Below are positions 41,759-41,874 of a stretch of 41,874 bases of DNA, piece by piece. Source of the stretch: a virus; the IMG/VR virus record IMGVR_UViG_3300009285_000025; one strand, 5' to 3'. Made by a program: the position numbers and the translations under genes. Each line of letters starts with the position of its first letter. Within the stretch, counting starts at the first letter, position 1. Under the pieces are notes generated by a model. The model saw only the letters and a program-made list of their open reading frames with translations, searched no databases and was not told the DNA's origin.

Positions 41759-41874
41759 CTAACCTAAAATTTCTATGCAATTATCTACTATCTTTTTACA
41801 ATGTTTAACGAATTCCATTTGCGAGCAATCTTTTTTAATCCAATTACACCACTTACAGCACGATATAACATTAT
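41759..41874 (-). CDS. C-terminal part of the junction-spanning 48-aa ORF (includes the duplicated 77 nt).
   Basis: The minus-strand frame from the repeat continues KKIVDNCIEILG and stops at a TAG (41759..41761). Confidence 0.5.
   Translation of the reverse strand, partial: NVISCCKWCNWIKKDCSQMEFVKHCKKIVDNCIEILG

Noticed and set aside
1-41874. Diversity-generating retroelement, retron, integrase/lysogeny module, or toxin-antitoxin pair.
   Set aside because: I recognised no reverse transcriptase, no integrase or recombinase, no CI/Cro-like repressor pair, and no template/variable repeat pair around the tail-fibre gene.

Overview
The window is a complete dsDNA phage genome of about 41.8 kb. 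Positions 1..77 are identical to 41798..41874, so the contig closes on itself (unique length 41,797 bp), and one small ORF reads across the junction. No similarity searches were possible. All family names come from motifs read in the supplied translations plus gene order. The late arm lies on the minus strand, running 24267 down to 1, wrapping, and ending at a terminator near 40500. In transcription order it encodes TerS, a TerL split into two ORFs, portal, scaffold and major capsid. These are followed by a 771-aa Thr/Gly/Ala-rich fibre-like protein, putative adaptor and nozzle proteins, internal virion proteins including a 1308-aa giant, and a 973-aa tail fibre. Size and order resemble a T7-like podovirus. 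The arm ends in small membrane, Cys-rich and lipoprotein genes. The plus-strand arm (24584..38741) encodes a DUF3987-like replication protein, a Gam-RecT-SSB recombination module, a minimal RNA ligase and a nucleoside 2-deoxyribosyltransferase-like protein. It also encodes two RusA-like genes flanking an SPFH/prohibitin protein, an HNH endonuclease and many tiny zinc-ribbon-like ORFs. A FliA-like sigma factor sits on the opposite strand (38769..39425), followed by a second HNH gene and a DUF559 nuclease. Four signals stand out. (1) Three leader elements share one architecture (helix strands in the order A, B, A', B', then a U-tract), and each sits directly upstream of the first gene of a rightward unit (24450, 27795, 39525). 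(2) A 1.7-kb gene-free, repeat-dense region (26188..27919) carries several families of 10-11-bp phased repeats. (3) The split TerL has a canonical SD-GTG restart at the interdomain linker. (4) A sigma-28-like promoter motif lies in front of the late operon, matching the phage-encoded FliA-like sigma. No endolysin, DNA polymerase, tRNA, CRISPR array or reverse transcriptase was recognised.
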